In this document: one piece after another, positions 13,240-28,850 of the stretch
Position numbering within the stretch: position 1 is the first letter of the stretch
Layout of the letters: each line of letters begins with the position of its first letter
Source of the DNA: Octopus vulgaris
Taxonomy: Eukaryota
NCBI GenBank assembly: GCA_951406725.2
Contig: OX597838.1
Span: forward strand, 3,968,001 to 4,032,000
Length of the DNA stretch: 64,000 nucleotides
Reading direction: 5' to 3'
The notes under the pieces: generated by a model
What the model was told of the DNA's origin: nothing
What the model saw: only the letters and a program-made list of their open reading frames with translations
Databases searched by the model: none
Program-made: the position numbers and the translations under genes

Positions 13240-13810
13240 TGCTGTTGTTATATGTTTGACTTTTGCTTTTAATATGTACAAGTTGGCTCCAAGTCTCACC
13301 CAGAGACCTCAAGAGACAAGTTAGGTGTTATGCTTAGGGTGCCATATATTTGGTTTTGTACGTAGTGTTGTTCTAGAGAATGTTTAAGAAACCATAAGAA
13401 AATTATGAGTTTGTTTTAAAATTTGAGATTACATAGACAGTATTTTACGTAGGATATGGGCAGTTCGCATGAGCACTATCTTTTGAATTTCTGCCATTGT
13501 GGGGTTTCTGGTATATGAGCTAGGTAGCCATCAACCCCTTTTGCTATCATTCCTAGTGCACCTATGACAACAGGTATTGTTTTAGTCTTCAGGTTCCACA
13601 TTTTGCTAATTTCTATTTCAAGATCTTTATACTTACTCAGTTTTTTGGTAGGTCTTGACAGATAAGTTTATATCGATTGGGACAGTCGTATCAATGAGGA
13701 GGCATGATTTTCGTCTGAAGTCTTTCAATATGATGTCTGGCCTATTTGCATCTATCTTTCTGTCAGTTTGAATGGTGAAGTTCCAGAGGAGTGAGATGTA
13801 ACCATTTTCA
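13240..13810 (-). mobile_element. R4/Dong-type LINE 3' end (RLE endonuclease plus 3' UTR)
   Basis: Minus strand reads LLWNFTIQTDRKIDANRPDIILKD..LLID..VP..KYKDLEIEISKMWNLKTKTIPVVIGALG..IQKIVL..TAHILRKILS. Confidence 0.9.
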
Positions 13811-13964
13811 TTGTTATTGAAGGCAGCGAGATGGTAGAATCGTTAGCACGCCGGGCAAAATGCTTAGCACCATATCTTTAAGAGCATTTATGACGAAACA
13901 AGTGTAGGGATCGTGAAAAACTATTCTCGAATCTCATTTTGTGCAATACATATTATGGTTTTCA

Positions 13965-14440
<476 letters not shown>

Positions 14441-15092
14441 AGCTCTATACACTGGTTATGTCACATACATTCTTTAAATGAACTTACGGGCTGTCATTAT
14501 CGCCACATTCGCTTTCTATCGAATTTACTTTCATTTTTTTAGCACAATTTACTTCCACTTTTCTACAGTATGTTAACTAAATGACGTGAAAGTTATCACT
14601 AGATGGCGCTTAGTACATGTCACTTCGCCTTCTCCCCCCCACACACACACACATATACACCTTCCCTCCCCCTACAAAAAGAAGGTGAAGTGGACTCACC
14701 CATTTCCTTTGTCAATAAAATTTTTTTCATGTCACCCTGCCATTTGTTCTAATATGAACTCCTTTCTTGTAAATTCTTGTTGTTGTTGCAGTTGTTCTCA
14801 GTCTTTGCTAATATACTTCTCTGATCCTCTCTCTCTCTCTCTCTCTCTCCCTTTCCTTTCTCTTTCTCTTTCTTTCTCCCTCTCGTTTTCTTTTCTTGCC
14901 TCCCTCTCCAACCACCGACAACCTCATATTAGTTTCATATTACATGTTCAACAGTTCGTCCCGTGAAATACCAGGCTCAGTGTTTTTTCCTTCCCATGTC
15001 CTGTTTCGTAACGACCGAATGATTATATAAAGTACACACATACATACATTACATACATACATATGCATATATATTTGTATTATGTATATATG

Positions 15093-15139
<47 letters not shown>

Positions 15140-15155
15140 GATACATACGTAATTA

Positions 15156-15188
<33 letters not shown>

Positions 15189-15332
15189 GATTGTACATAC
15201 ATATATATCTAAAATAATTTTATAAAAAACATTTCATTTTTTATAAAATGTTTTTTATAAAATTATTTTAACATTTTCTACCTTGACTTTTTTTTCCATA
15301 TATATCAACTCGTGTGTTCCTTTTCAACCTTC

Positions 15333-15371
<39 letters not shown>

Positions 15372-15795
15372 GCGCGCGACACACCTTTTCTTTCGTTCAC
15401 ACAAAAACCCCTTTTTCTCTGCTGCTCGTCCCCTTCTGTCTTCTCTATATTTCTCAAGACATTAACCTTCACTAATAAAAAAAAAAAAACCTGTGACTCG
15501 ACTGAATTCCGGTCGCAGCACGTGATTGATAAAGTTATGACACCATCGACATTACACCACCCAAAAGTAATTGTACGTGTTAAGAAGTGCAAGTGCGCGA
15601 GTATATGCTTATGCATACATATATATGTTTATATATGTAGACCTAATAACTGTTTATAAAAACATATAAAGTATCCATCCCTTGTTATTCCAAATTACGG
15701 AATCTCTTGGCAAACAGCTGCAGGCAAATAACGACAGGCATTATGACAGAACGAAGAGAAACAGAGTTTTTGGAGCGAGGTACTTTTCGAAAAGT

Positions 15796-15897
15796 CACCT
15801 GACGAGACACATCTACACTGAATGATGCACCATAACCAGTTGTATAGTGTCTCACCCACAAGGGATCGATGCAAGATGGGTCGAAACGATCGTAGTG
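15796..15897 (+). ncRNA. Hammerhead ribozyme motif with canonical core and long stem II
   Basis: CAC-CUGACGA-GACACAUCU...AGAUGGGUC-GAAA-CGAUCG-UA-GUG. Stem III ACGAUCGU is palindromic and the cleavage triplet is GUA. Confidence 0.75.
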
Positions 15898-16009
15898 TTT
15901 GATAAAGAATCTCGTGAATTCCATTTTATCTTTCTCTCATTTGTTTTAGATATATATATCATATTAAATATGTATATTAGGTATAAAGAGTAAGAACGTC
16001 ATGTGTCCT

Positions 16010-16188
<179 letters not shown>

Positions 16189-16199
16189 GTATGTATGTA

Positions 16200-16400
16200 T
16201 AGTTGAAATTTACAGAAAAACACATGAAGACAGGTGTATGAACAGCAAGCAGGTGTATTAGTTTGACGCTCGGGAAAGGTGAGAAAGTCTTTTACGTTTC
16301 GAACCTATGCTCTTCAAAACAAAGGAATAAGAGAAAATAAACAGGGAGAGAATAAAAAAACTTGTGGATTTAGCGATCAAGCATGGCGACTGGTTGGGGA
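16200..16400 (-). mobile_element. Penelope-like terminal fragment with a decayed hammerhead
   Basis: Minus strand reads TGAAGAGCATAGGTTCGAAACGTAAAAGAC..GAGCGTCAAACTAATAC, related to the copies at 29.4, 30.9 and 46.3 kb. The CUGA core is lost. Confidence 0.55.
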
Positions 16401-16744
16401 AAAAAAGGTTTGACAGGAGAGGCAGAAAGAAGGGGAGATAATGAAGTATTGGTGATTCCAAACCGAATGTGAGTGTACGTGTGTGGATAGGAGCTAGTGA
16501 CTGGCGTGTGTGGTTATGTGCGTATATAAGCGTGTGCATCTGTAATGTGTGGGTGTGTGGATGATGGTGTGTGGTGTGGGTGCTGGGAGGTGGAAGGTGG
16601 TCAGTGCTAGTGAGTGTGGAGTGGCGAAGGGTGATGGGATGTGGTGTGGTGGTGTGATGGTGTGTGGTGCGGTATAAATACATACGCACCTACACACACA
16701 CACACACACATACACACACACAAAAACAGACATTTTCTTTTTTT

Positions 16745-16960
16745 TTTGCTCTTTATACTTGTTTCGGTCATTTGATTGAGGCCATGCTGGAGCACCGTCT
16801 TTGAAGGGTTTTAGTCGAACAAATCGACCTCATGACTTATTTTTTAAGCCTAGTACTTATTCTATCAATTCTTTTGCTAAACCGTTACATTACGGGGACG
16901 TAAACATACCAACACCGGTTGTCAATCGGTGATGGAGGAACAAACACAGACACAACGGCA
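16745..16960 (-). mobile_element. SINE family A, 3' half
   Basis: GGCCATGCTGGAGCACCG..AGCCTAGTACTTATTCTATC..TACGGGGACGTAAAC. Confidence 0.8.
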
Positions 16961-17220
16961 CACACATAGATATATACATACATACACACACGCACACACA
17001 CATATATATATATATATATAGCAAAACAGATATGCACACATACATTAAAACAGATATATACCATCATAAGTCACATATACATACACACACATACCAGAAC
17101 GCACATATATGTACTCACATATATCTGAACATACATATACATACACATCAGTGCAGTAAATAGATACATACATACACACACACATACATACATACATACA
17201 TACATACATACATACATACA

Positions 17221-17252
<32 letters not shown>

Positions 17253-17789
17253 CATATACACATATATATGCATATCTACAATCCCCTGTTTGCCTACTTT
17301 CCAATCTAATGGGGACAGGCGGTTTTCAAGTGGGGTTTTCTTTTTTGTATCGACTCTTAACACATAACCACTCCTGACCAGCTGACACAGAAAAACATTT
17401 TTTTTTGTTTTGTTTTGCAGCGGGTGACGAAGGGTGATAGTGGCGGCGGTGGCGGTGATGATGGTGGTGGTGGCGGTGATGATGGTGGTGGTGGCGGTGG
17501 TATATTTTTTTGTGGGTAGGGGTATGAGGGGAAAGTGCAGCAGCGAGAGTGAGAAACAAGGTTCGTTCTGGCTAAGCTGCTTCGCGTTCCTCGTGATTGC
17601 ATGTCGTGTGATGCTCGCAATGCGATGGCGTTATGTCATCTCAATAGAACAAATGCTACATCCCTCTCCCACACTATCTGGTAGTTAGGTTAGCTGATGT
17701 CACCTTAACTTATAAACAGCTGCAAAAGAATCTTCAGCGACGAATATTAACGAGGCTTATCCTACAAAAATATAATGGTATTACTGCTG

Positions 17790-17826
17790 CTATTATTATT
17801 ATCATCATCATCACCACCATCATCAC

Positions 17827-17865
<39 letters not shown>

Positions 17866-18011
17866 TATCATCGTCATCATCGTTGTTGTTGTCGTCACCG
17901 TCATCGGCGTCATCGTCTTCGTTATTTTATTATTACTATTATTATTACTGTTCTTATTATTTTCAGTGCTGTTGTTATATTTTCTTATTATTATTATAAC
18001 CATCATCATCG

Positions 18012-18045
<34 letters not shown>

Positions 18046-18057
18046 TACTACTACTAC

Positions 18058-18129
<72 letters not shown>

Positions 18130-18141
18130 TATCATTACTAC

Positions 18142-18192
<51 letters not shown>

Positions 18193-18200
18193 TACTATTA

Positions 18201-18243
<43 letters not shown>

Positions 18244-18270
18244 TATTATTATTATTATTACTACTACTAC

Positions 18271-18320
<50 letters not shown>

Positions 18321-18338
18321 TTATTATTACTACTATTA

Positions 18339-18378
<40 letters not shown>

Positions 18379-18448
18379 TATTATTATTATTATTACTACT
18401 ACTACTACAACTACTACTACTACTACTACTATTATTATTATTATTATT

Positions 18449-18502
<54 letters not shown>

Positions 18503-18560
18503 GTTGTCGTCGTCATCATCACTATTACTACTACTCCTACTATTGTCATTATTGTTGTTG
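17790..18560. repeat. Compound (ATT)/(ATC)/(ACT)n microsatellite
   Basis: Directly visible; source of the poly-I/L/N ORFs. Confidence 0.95.
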
Positions 18561-19544
18561 TCGTTATTCATATTTCGTGTCGAGGGCAATCACATTTTTC
18601 GCATTATTCCTCCTACCCTGTCACCAATATGGAGCTTGAGAATGTGGGATTGTTGTTTGTGAAACGAGCGGAAGAAAAAAACAAAAAAAAGAACAGAATC
18701 TTATAAAACTGAGAATGGTGACAAAAGAGTTAAGAAGTGAAACTTTGCACTGAGTCCCGTGACTTTGTATTACGTTCCCAAGTAACAAGATACAGAGATT
18801 CCAATAAACATACGCATGCGCACAAATGCACACGATTCGACCAGTTCTCGGCCTTTCCTGACCAGACCGTGAAAGAATTAAGAAAGAAAATTCTTCAAAT
18901 CGGTTGATGTCCAAGTGCAAAATCTCGATAAACTGACCTCAGTCATTTAACCGCGGCCACGCTGGAGCACCGCCTTTAGTCGAGCAAATCTACTCCAGGA
19001 CTTATTCTCTGTAAGCCTAGTACTTATTCTATCGGTCGATGGGGGGTAGTGGCGGTGGTGGTAGTGATGGTGATGGTGGCGATGGTGGTGGTGGTGGTTG
19101 TGGTGGCGATGGTGGTGGTGGTGATGGTGGTGGTGGCGATGGTGGTGGTGGTGGTGGTGGTGGTGGTGGTGGTGGTGGTGGTGATGGTGGTGGTGGTGGT
19201 GGCGGCAGCGGCGGCGGAGCGGTGGTGGTGGTGGTGGTGGTCGTTGTCGTTATGACGGTGTTTGTTTAAGCCTTTTGCTTCACTCACTCGGATCGACCAG
19301 GCCCCGCACCAACTACGTTCTAGGCATGCCTATCCCGTTTTCCTTAGTATATATGATACGACTTCATCTGTTCAATATGTCGTTGCCTCTTTTTTTTTTT
19401 TAAATAAAGTTGGGTGTGATTTGAGGGAGATTTGATTGTCGTTTCTGTAAATTCAAGCAGCTGAACAATGCTTTCTTTCCTTCTTTGGCACATTTAAACG
19501 CAATTGTCAAAACACGAATAACTTTTTAAAAAGATTCCTCTCGA

Positions 19545-20130
19545 AGGAACAAGCCCCGGGAACAGACTCTCCCTAAAGAACAGACTTTCAGGAAACAACG
19601 CTCATAATGGAATAGACTCTGTGTAAGGAATACTCTCAAGAACTGATTCTCTCTATGGAACAGACGCTTAGAAACTGACTCACTGGAACAAGTTCTCTCT
19701 CTAAAGTACAGACTACCAGGTGCAGATTCGCTCTAAAAACAGACTCTCAGGAACAGACCCGCGGAAACTGACTCTCAGGAACAAGTTCTCTCTAAGGAAC
19801 AGACATTCGGGAACTGAGTCTCAGGAACAGATTCTCATGGACAGACTCTCAGAAACTGACTCTCAGGAACAAGTTGTCTTTCTTGAACAGACTCTCAAGA
19901 ACAAACACAGAAACTGACTCCCAGAAACAAGTTCTCTTTAAAGAACAGGCCCTCGGGAACTGACTCTCTGAAACTGTCTCTCGACTTTCAGGATCAAGCT
20001 CTGTTAAAGAACTGACTCTCAAGGACAGACTCCCTCGAAAGAGCAGGCTTTCTCCAAAAAAAAAAAAACAGGGTCTATCTAAAACAAAAAGAAAACACTT
20101 TCTAAAGAATACACTCTAACGACGTAACAT
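19545..20130. repeat. Degenerate minisatellite of ~14-16-bp GGAACAGACTCTCA / GAAACTGACTCTCA units
   Basis: Many imperfect copies of AAC(A/T)GACTCT(C) in tandem. Confidence 0.8.
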
Positions 20131-20309
20131 ACACTGGACTCCCTACGAAGCAGACGCTATCTAAAGACAAGTTGTCAATCCCAGTTCGAATTTCGGTGAT
20201 GATAGTTTTATCTTAAGATAACAAAATTACCAAAAAATACAAGAAAGCATGAATTTCACATTTATGTTCACAAGGTAATTCTGCACGACTTTATCTTAAG
20301 TTTTTCATG

Positions 20310-20401
<92 letters not shown>

Positions 20402-20655
20402 TAACAAGCGAAACGACAGAAGCTCCGTGCTGAGTAGAAACGTCAACCATTTGTGGATACATATATATATATATATATTTTGTTGTTTTTTTCTTTCATT
20501 TTTTTTATTATTTCTGTGGTTGGAGAAGACGTGTTTTATAATAATCAGGGCTTAAAAAGAACCGGATCTTGTTGATGTTAGGATAAACTAGATTACACAT
20601 CCATGCACGCAAACGCACTCACACACGAAAACACATCTATCTCTTGCTCCCTGAT

Positions 20656-20691
<36 letters not shown>

Positions 20692-20847
20692 CACGCAAAT
20701 ACATACACACACACACACCCATACTCACACACACATCAAACATGCACATGCGGACATATACACACAGATGATACGATACAGATGTATTTGGATTTAATTT
20801 TAAGGACTTTTCCACATCTCTTTCCCTCTCTCTCTCTCTCTCTCTCA

Positions 20848-20898
<51 letters not shown>

Positions 20899-21001
20899 TG
20901 TGTGTGTGTGTTTATATACATACACATATATATATGGATAGATAGAGAGATACATATATATATATATATATATATAGATATATATACACACACACACACA
21001 T

Positions 21002-21043
<42 letters not shown>

Positions 21044-21435
21044 GTATACATATACATATATATATATATATATAGTGTGTGTGTGTGTGTGTATAGTTGA
21101 TGGCATGATAAAGAAGTTTACACATTCGAAGACATGATACGATACAGATGTATTAAATTTAGTTTAAGGGTCTTTCCACACTTCCTCACCACACCCTCTC
21201 TCTCTTTCTCCCTCTCTCGCTTTCTCCCTCACTGTCTCCTGCATAACACCACACACAGACACGCACTTATACCCACATACCTTCATAACAGCCTTCAGAC
21301 TTTCCGCCTTATATTGTATCCCAGACACCATACAATGCACAGCTCCTGTGAAACTCTGCACTTCGTGGCACCACTGCAAGGGTAAAAGACAGCACCAACA
21401 TTTTCGTTGGGCGCGAATAGATACAGATATGTTAT

Positions 21436-21850
21436 GAGTGGCTGTGTGGTACGTAGCTTGCTTACCAGCCACATGGTTCCGGGTTCAGTCCCATTGCGTT
21501 GCACCTTGGTCAAGTGTCTTCTACTATAGCCTTGGGCTGACCAAAGCCTTATGAGTGGATTTGGTAGACGTAAATTGAAAGAAGCCCGTCGTATATATGT
21601 ATATGTATGTATATGTGTGTGTGTTTGTGTGTCTTTGTTTGACACCTAGCATTGCTTGACAACCGATGCTGGTGTGCTTACGTACCCCGTAACTTAGCGG
21701 TTCGGCAAAAAGAGACCGATAGAATAAGCACTAGCCTTACAAAGAATAAGTCCCGGGGTCGATTTGCTCGACTAAAGGCGGTGCTCCAGGATGGCCGCAG
21801 TCAAATGACTGAAACTAGTAAAAGAGTAAATAGAGTAGAGTAAAAGAGTA
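21436..21850 (+). mobile_element. SINE family A
   Basis: Full-length match to the other copies. Confidence 0.9.
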
Positions 21851-21852
21851 TA

Positions 21853-21993
21853 ATCTTTTCTACTAAAGGCCCAAGGCCCGAAATTTTGGGGGAGGGTGCC
21901 AGTCGATTATATCGACCCCAGTGCGTAACTGGTACTTATTTAATCGACCCCGAAAGGATGAAAGGCAAAGTCAACCTCGGCAGAATTTGAACT
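21853..21993 (-). mobile_element. SINE family B, 3' part
   Basis: ATCGACCCCAGTGCGTAACTGGTACTTATTTAATCGACCCCGAAAGGATGAAAGGC. Confidence 0.85.
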
Positions 21994-22582
21994 ATGAAAA
22001 AAGAAAAAAGTAAGAATACAAGATCCATTTCCGAATATGGTACAAGAGATACAAAACATATGGGATGGCCATTGTTAGAATGCTTTTGATCTTAAGTTAC
22101 TTCCGTTATGTGTAACCTGGGACAGAATATTAACAACAGCAGCAGTAATACAAAGAAAAAAAATGGTTAAAATTCTTGAAACTTTGGAAGCATCAGGCAA
22201 AAAAATCGAAAGCGAAACCATCCAACACAGATTCTGCGTTTTCAATCTTTTAGAGAAAAGAACGAAAATATGTGGGGGTTTTGTGGTTGTTTTTTTTTTT
22301 TTTGGCGTTTCTTTTTTATCTGCCAAACTTTAATATGAAACTCTATATTGTTCTTCAACTCAAAATTCCAATGCTGGAATTTTGCTTCTTTTAGTAAAAA
22401 AAGAAAGAAAGAAGCTTACACCTTTGTCTTTTAACTATAAAAGAAAGAAAAAAAACAGAAACATATACACACACGCGTGCACGTACATAGGTTTGTCTAT
22501 GTATTTATATTGAGTGTAATATATATTTGATACATACATACATATATACATATATACATATATACATATGCATTTCTATATA

Positions 22583-22675
<93 letters not shown>

Positions 22676-22826
22676 ACAATGTATATCTTCTTGAAAAGCT
22701 GAGTAACTTCTATGTTGGAGTAAGAACAGCATGTTCTTTGTCAATCTCCTTAACTTCTTGGAAATTTTAGGTATAATTACACTAATGCGTCCATCTGTTC
22801 TAATTTAATTAAATTCTACGTCTTTG

Positions 22827-22913
22827 TGCAGCTGAAGATTGCTCTGCATTTTAAATTGATGTAATGATTGCATTGTTTAATTAAATGGAGTTGCATGAAA
22901 CGATCGTACTGCA
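22827..22913 (+). ncRNA. Hammerhead ribozyme motif with long stem II
   Basis: UGCAG-CUGAAGA-[imperfect stem II]-GAAA-CGAUCG-UA-CUGCA. Stem I is a perfect 5 bp and stem III is palindromic. Confidence 0.7.
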
Positions 22914-23199
22914 TTACCTCTGCATATCCTTGTTGCTTATTTTGATTGTATGGATAATACCGTACTTTGAAATTGTATGGATAATACCGTACTAAATTCT
23001 GGTGCCTCAACTTAAGTACCAAATTCATCTGAATCTAAATTTTTGCTGAACTCGTATATATATAAAAATAAAGAATGTAAATTGGCGACAATATACCCAT
23101 CGCACCGTGTGTGTATGTGTGTATCTGTGTCTGTGTTTGTATGTATATGCATATACAGCTATATGTGTAATGCATTTAAGTGAACTACTAATTCATTCA

Positions 23200-23430
23200 C
23201 GAGACGAGCTGGTAGAGTCGGTAGGACGCCGAGCGAATTGCTTAGCGGTATTTCGTCTGCCGCTACGTTCCGAGTTCAAATTCCGCCGAGGTCGACTTTG
23301 CCTTTCATCCTTTCGGGGTCGATTAAGTAAGTACCAGTTACGCACTGGTCGATGTAATCGACTTAATCCCTTTCTCTGTTCTTGTTTGTCCCCTCTATGT
23401 TTAACCCCCTGTGGGCAATAAAGAAATAAA
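23200..23430 (+). mobile_element. SINE family B, full length
   Basis: CGAGCTGGTAGAGTCGGTAG head, GAGTTCAAATTCC B-box-like motif, central block, and a tail ending GGCAATAAAGAAATAA. Confidence 0.9.
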
Positions 23431-23466
23431 TATTAAGCCTAAATTCACTATTTTCGTTTTTTCCAG

Positions 23467-23621
23467 GTCAGGTGTTGTGGTGTTTCTTAACAAGCGAGAG
23501 GAAGAACCGAGCGGAACTTTCTCGAAGACTTTCTGAATATAGAATACATACTACTTGGTTAATTTACGAAGGGACATAAGAGGCACAACACCAACAGAAC
23601 TCAAACTAACAGATCTTTCAG
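23467..23621 (+). other. Candidate non-coding (UTR or lncRNA) exon
   Basis: Polypyrimidine acceptor TTTTCGTTTTTTCCAG|G and donor CAG|GTAAAT; stops occur in all three frames. Confidence 0.3.
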
Positions 23622-24106
23622 GTAAATATTTCTGTATTTATTTATTTATTTTAGTTTTAATCCTGGAACACAATTTACTAAAAAAAAAAAAAATGGCCGC
23701 AATTTATTTTGCGTTTGTCTCTTGATTTTTTGTCTTTTTGTTTTATTTTTGCGGTGTATGTGTACAAGTCAAATCCCAGACACTCAAGAATTCTTCGTTG
23801 CTATTATGTAGACTCACTGGAATGGGAGCCAGTGAGGGAACCTCCACATGGCAGCTCAACGTGCTAACTATAACATTTGTATCTTCCCTCAAATCACACA
23901 CACACACACACACACACACAGTACAACACTTGGCTAATAATCTAAAGTCTCAAAAGCAAGTATATACTAACCACCAGCTAATACAGCATAAACACATATT
24001 ATCCACCAACTTAGACGAAATCAGCCTCCAATAACTAAGTCTGAGAACAAGCATAAATGTTTAGGACAATCTTATGAAAATGCTTTGGACAGACAAATGC
24101 TTAAAG

Positions 24107-24490
24107 CAGACGTTCTCAACCCTTCTCTCTCAATGAAACCCTTCGATTATTATTCTATTCAGGGGAAACCCCTGAGCCATTTGATGTTTAATAACTACAT
24201 TATTTACATTTGACGGATATTTGTCCTCATTTTGTTTGTTGTTAACACAATGGTTTGGCCGATATACTCTCCAGCCTTCATCAGGTGTCTTGGGGAAATT
24301 TCGAACCTGGGTTCTCATTCCTAAGGTATTTTTCCAGCTGTTTTTTGCAATACATACCAATACATGCATCTAAAGCAAAATCTTTTCAGGGGCCCTTAAA
24401 ACATTATTGTGGATCCTCAATTTACTATTTTGTTCCATGCCCCCACTCCAAAGAAAACTATCATATATGGACCCCGTTTGAGAACCATTG
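24107..24490. mobile_element. hAT/Charlie-like MITE remnant
   Basis: Ends CAGACGTTCTCAAC and GTTTGAGAACCATTG are imperfect inverted repeats of the CAGTGGTTCTCAA type; no TSD is recognisable. Confidence 0.55.
24190..24330 (-). mobile_element. Penelope-like fragment with a damaged hammerhead, nested in the MITE
   Basis: Minus strand reads ACAC-CUGAUGA-A-GGCUG..CGGCC-AAACCAUU-GUGU; the GAAA is mutated. Confidence 0.55.
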
Positions 24491-24709
24491 GAAACGATTG
24501 TAACGTGTACTCAAAGTCGATACCGACGGAGATCCATTTTCGTTTTGTTGTTGTCAGTTTTTATTTTTTCCTTCTTATATTTATTTCTTTTCTTATGGGA
24601 ACAGAGAACGTGTATGAGCAGTTTTTGCTTTGTGTACAACTTTCAGTCGCTTTAATCAAACAATGAAGATGACCAAGGAATGCTTCTTTTTGTGTCCACG
24701 AACAAAAAG

Positions 24710-24826
<117 letters not shown>

Positions 24827-24934
24827 TGTATGTATGAATGTATGTATATATGTATATTAATGCATGCATATACATATATATATATACATGCATATATATG
24901 TATATACGTATATATGTGTGTGTATATGTATATG

Positions 24935-24980
<46 letters not shown>

Positions 24981-25014
24981 ATTATATATATATTTAGAGA
25001 GAGAGAGAGAAAGG

Positions 25015-25048
<34 letters not shown>

Positions 25049-25065
25049 CATTCACATAGAGTAAA

Positions 25066-25097
<32 letters not shown>

Positions 25098-25099
25098 GA

Positions 25100-25133
<34 letters not shown>

Positions 25134-26064
25134 GGTGGTGGTGGTGGTGGCGGTGGTGGTGTTGACGATGATGACGATGATAACGATGACGACGACAATG
25201 GCGATAATGGTGATATAAATAATGGTAAATTGATGAACCAGCATCATCCTGCTTTCTTCATCATCTTCCAAGTAAAATCAATGTCCCTTATTCCACCTTT
25301 ATTCTCCCACTTCTCCTCATGTCTTTTATAGTTTTTTGGTCTTACTCATGTTATTGTTTTCCTTGTTGTTGTTGTCGTCAGCGATGGTGGTGGTGGTGGT
25401 GGTGTCTTTTGGCGGGAATTTTTCTCTGTTTTCCTTTTGTTTTTCTTTTTTGTTTTTGTTAGTTTTTGTTTTTGTTTTCTAATGTCTGCTGAATCGAACC
25501 TCGAAACACTCATACCTCCCTCTCCCCTACATACTTCGCAACCCCCTCTCTCTCTATCTATCTCTCCCTTTCTCTCTCTTTCTCCCCCCCCCCCACGCAC
25601 CTTTCACTAATTGGTCTACTCTTCCTGCTACTCCTTCTAAAGAAACTTCTTTTTCTTGCTACTCATGTTTCTGATTCCAGTATTCCTTATGTTGTTCTCT
25701 GCCTCTCCACCTGCCCACCCACCCTCTCCACCTCTCTTTCTTTCTCTTTCTCTTTCCATCACCTCTTTCTCTCTTTCTCTCCATCGTTATTTCTCTCTTT
25801 CTCTCTCACGCTCTATTTGTTTCCACCCCCTCTCTCTCTCTCATTTCTCTTTCTCTCCTTTCTCTCTCTCTCCTCTCTCCTTTCTCTCCTTTCTCTTCTC
25901 TCCTTTCTCCTTTCTCTCTCTCTCTTTCTCCCTCTTTCTGCTCCCACTCCCTCTCTCTAATATCTCATGTAACTTCTCCCTTATTTTTCAAAGCATCCAC
26001 AACTTCACACACACACGCGCACACAGGCACGAATGCACACATATATATACACACGAGTGTTTGC

Positions 26065-26103
<39 letters not shown>

Positions 26104-26228
26104 GGTGCGTGAGAGTGCATATGCCTCCATGTATAATTCATGGTTTATTGTTTATTTTGTCTTACATAAACATAAAAGTACTCAATCCAGTCATACACGC
26201 ATATATATGTGTATATATGCAGATATAC

Positions 26229-26271
<43 letters not shown>

Positions 26272-26416
26272 GTTATATACATATGTACATATGCATGTAT
26301 TTATGTATATATATGCATATGTACATATATATATATGAGTGTGTGGGGGTGTATATATGTGCACATTTGCATATATATAAATAAATGCATGCATATGTAT
26401 TTATGTATATATATGC

Positions 26417-26456
<40 letters not shown>

Positions 26457-27230
26457 ACATATGCATATATACATATATATATACATAAATACATACATAC
26501 ATTTATATATATGTGCGTATACCTATAAAATATATATGTATGTATATTTATATATATTTATACACACACACATATTAATGTATATGCATACGCGCACATA
26601 TGTATGTATATGTGTGTATATATATATATATACATACACATATATTTATGTATACACGCAAGTGCACATTTATACGTATATATATACACACACACTTACA
26701 CACACACACATACATACGTATTTACATGGAGACATGCACACTTACAAGAATTCACGCACACATACATACCTCTCTCTACTCTCCGATTCCACACTCTCCA
26801 CTCTCACTCTCCACTCTCACTCTCCACTCTCTCACTCTCCAATCTCCACCTTCCACTCCACTCACCGTCGCCATACCAATCCATAACCCTAAAATAAAAA
26901 AAGGCAAAAACTCGTCTCTGCTTTACTGCGAGGACAGTCCACCATTCTTCCAACACTTTTTCTAGAACGTTCTCTTAGTTCCTCTCCCCTTCCTCCTACT
27001 TCCATGCTCTACGACATCCCTCGGTCTCAGATCCTCCCCCCTCTCTCTCCCTCTCTCTCTCCCTCTCTCTCTCTCCCTCTCTCCATCCCTACTGTGTCTT
27101 TTAGTCTGCAATTAAAAAACATGCAGCATTGCATTAATGGACACATTACAAACCCGCCATTGCAATAACTTTCGTTCCTGCCATTCTACGACCTAATTCT
27201 TCGTTTCCCTCATTGTCTACCGATATATAT

Positions 27231-27402
<172 letters not shown>

Positions 27403-27539
27403 GTGTATGTATACATATATATATATATGTGTGTGTGTGTGGATAGATACGTGGAAAGGTAGATTGATAGATAGATAGAAAGAAAGAAAGAAAGAAAGAA
27501 AGACGACAGACAGACAGACAGACAAACAGGCAGACAAAC

Positions 27540-27624
<85 letters not shown>

Positions 27625-28251
27625 CAGACAGACAGATATCTGTCTATATATTTGTGTATCTTTTTATCTCTCTGTTTCTCTTTGGGTATTTAACTTCCTA
27701 CATTCGTACCTATTAACCTATCAAACCCACCCTGCCTGCATTTATATCTATTCGTTAATCTGTCTATCTGTCTCTCTTCTTACCTGTCCAATTACGTACC
27801 TATCTTTCAGTCTGTTTCCCTGCCTCCCTATTAGCCTGTCTGTCTATCTATCTACTTATCTATCCGTCTATCTCTCTGTCTGTCTGTCTGCCTTCTTAAT
27901 TTATTCAAAAATCCCTAAGCTGGTTGTTTCATTAGTATGCGAGTTGGCTTATTGCCTAACTGGCTTGCCAGCTGTTTTGTTGGCCGGCCGGCCGGCTGGC
28001 TGGCTGAATGGATGGATAGATGGATGTCTGCATAGACCATTGGCTGCATGGATGAATGTATGTTTGAGCAGATGTTTGTTGTCTCCTGCCTAACTGTTCT
28101 TGAAAATCATGTCCGCATTGATAACGGACTGATCACTTCTGTTCGATTAGGTTCGGTTCCGTTCGGCACTTTGAAACACTATCCCTGCTGTGTGAAAGAG
28201 CAAGGAAGCAATAAGTCTCCTACCCCACCTCTCTCTAATCCTGGATATAGG

Positions 28252-28850
<599 letters not shown>

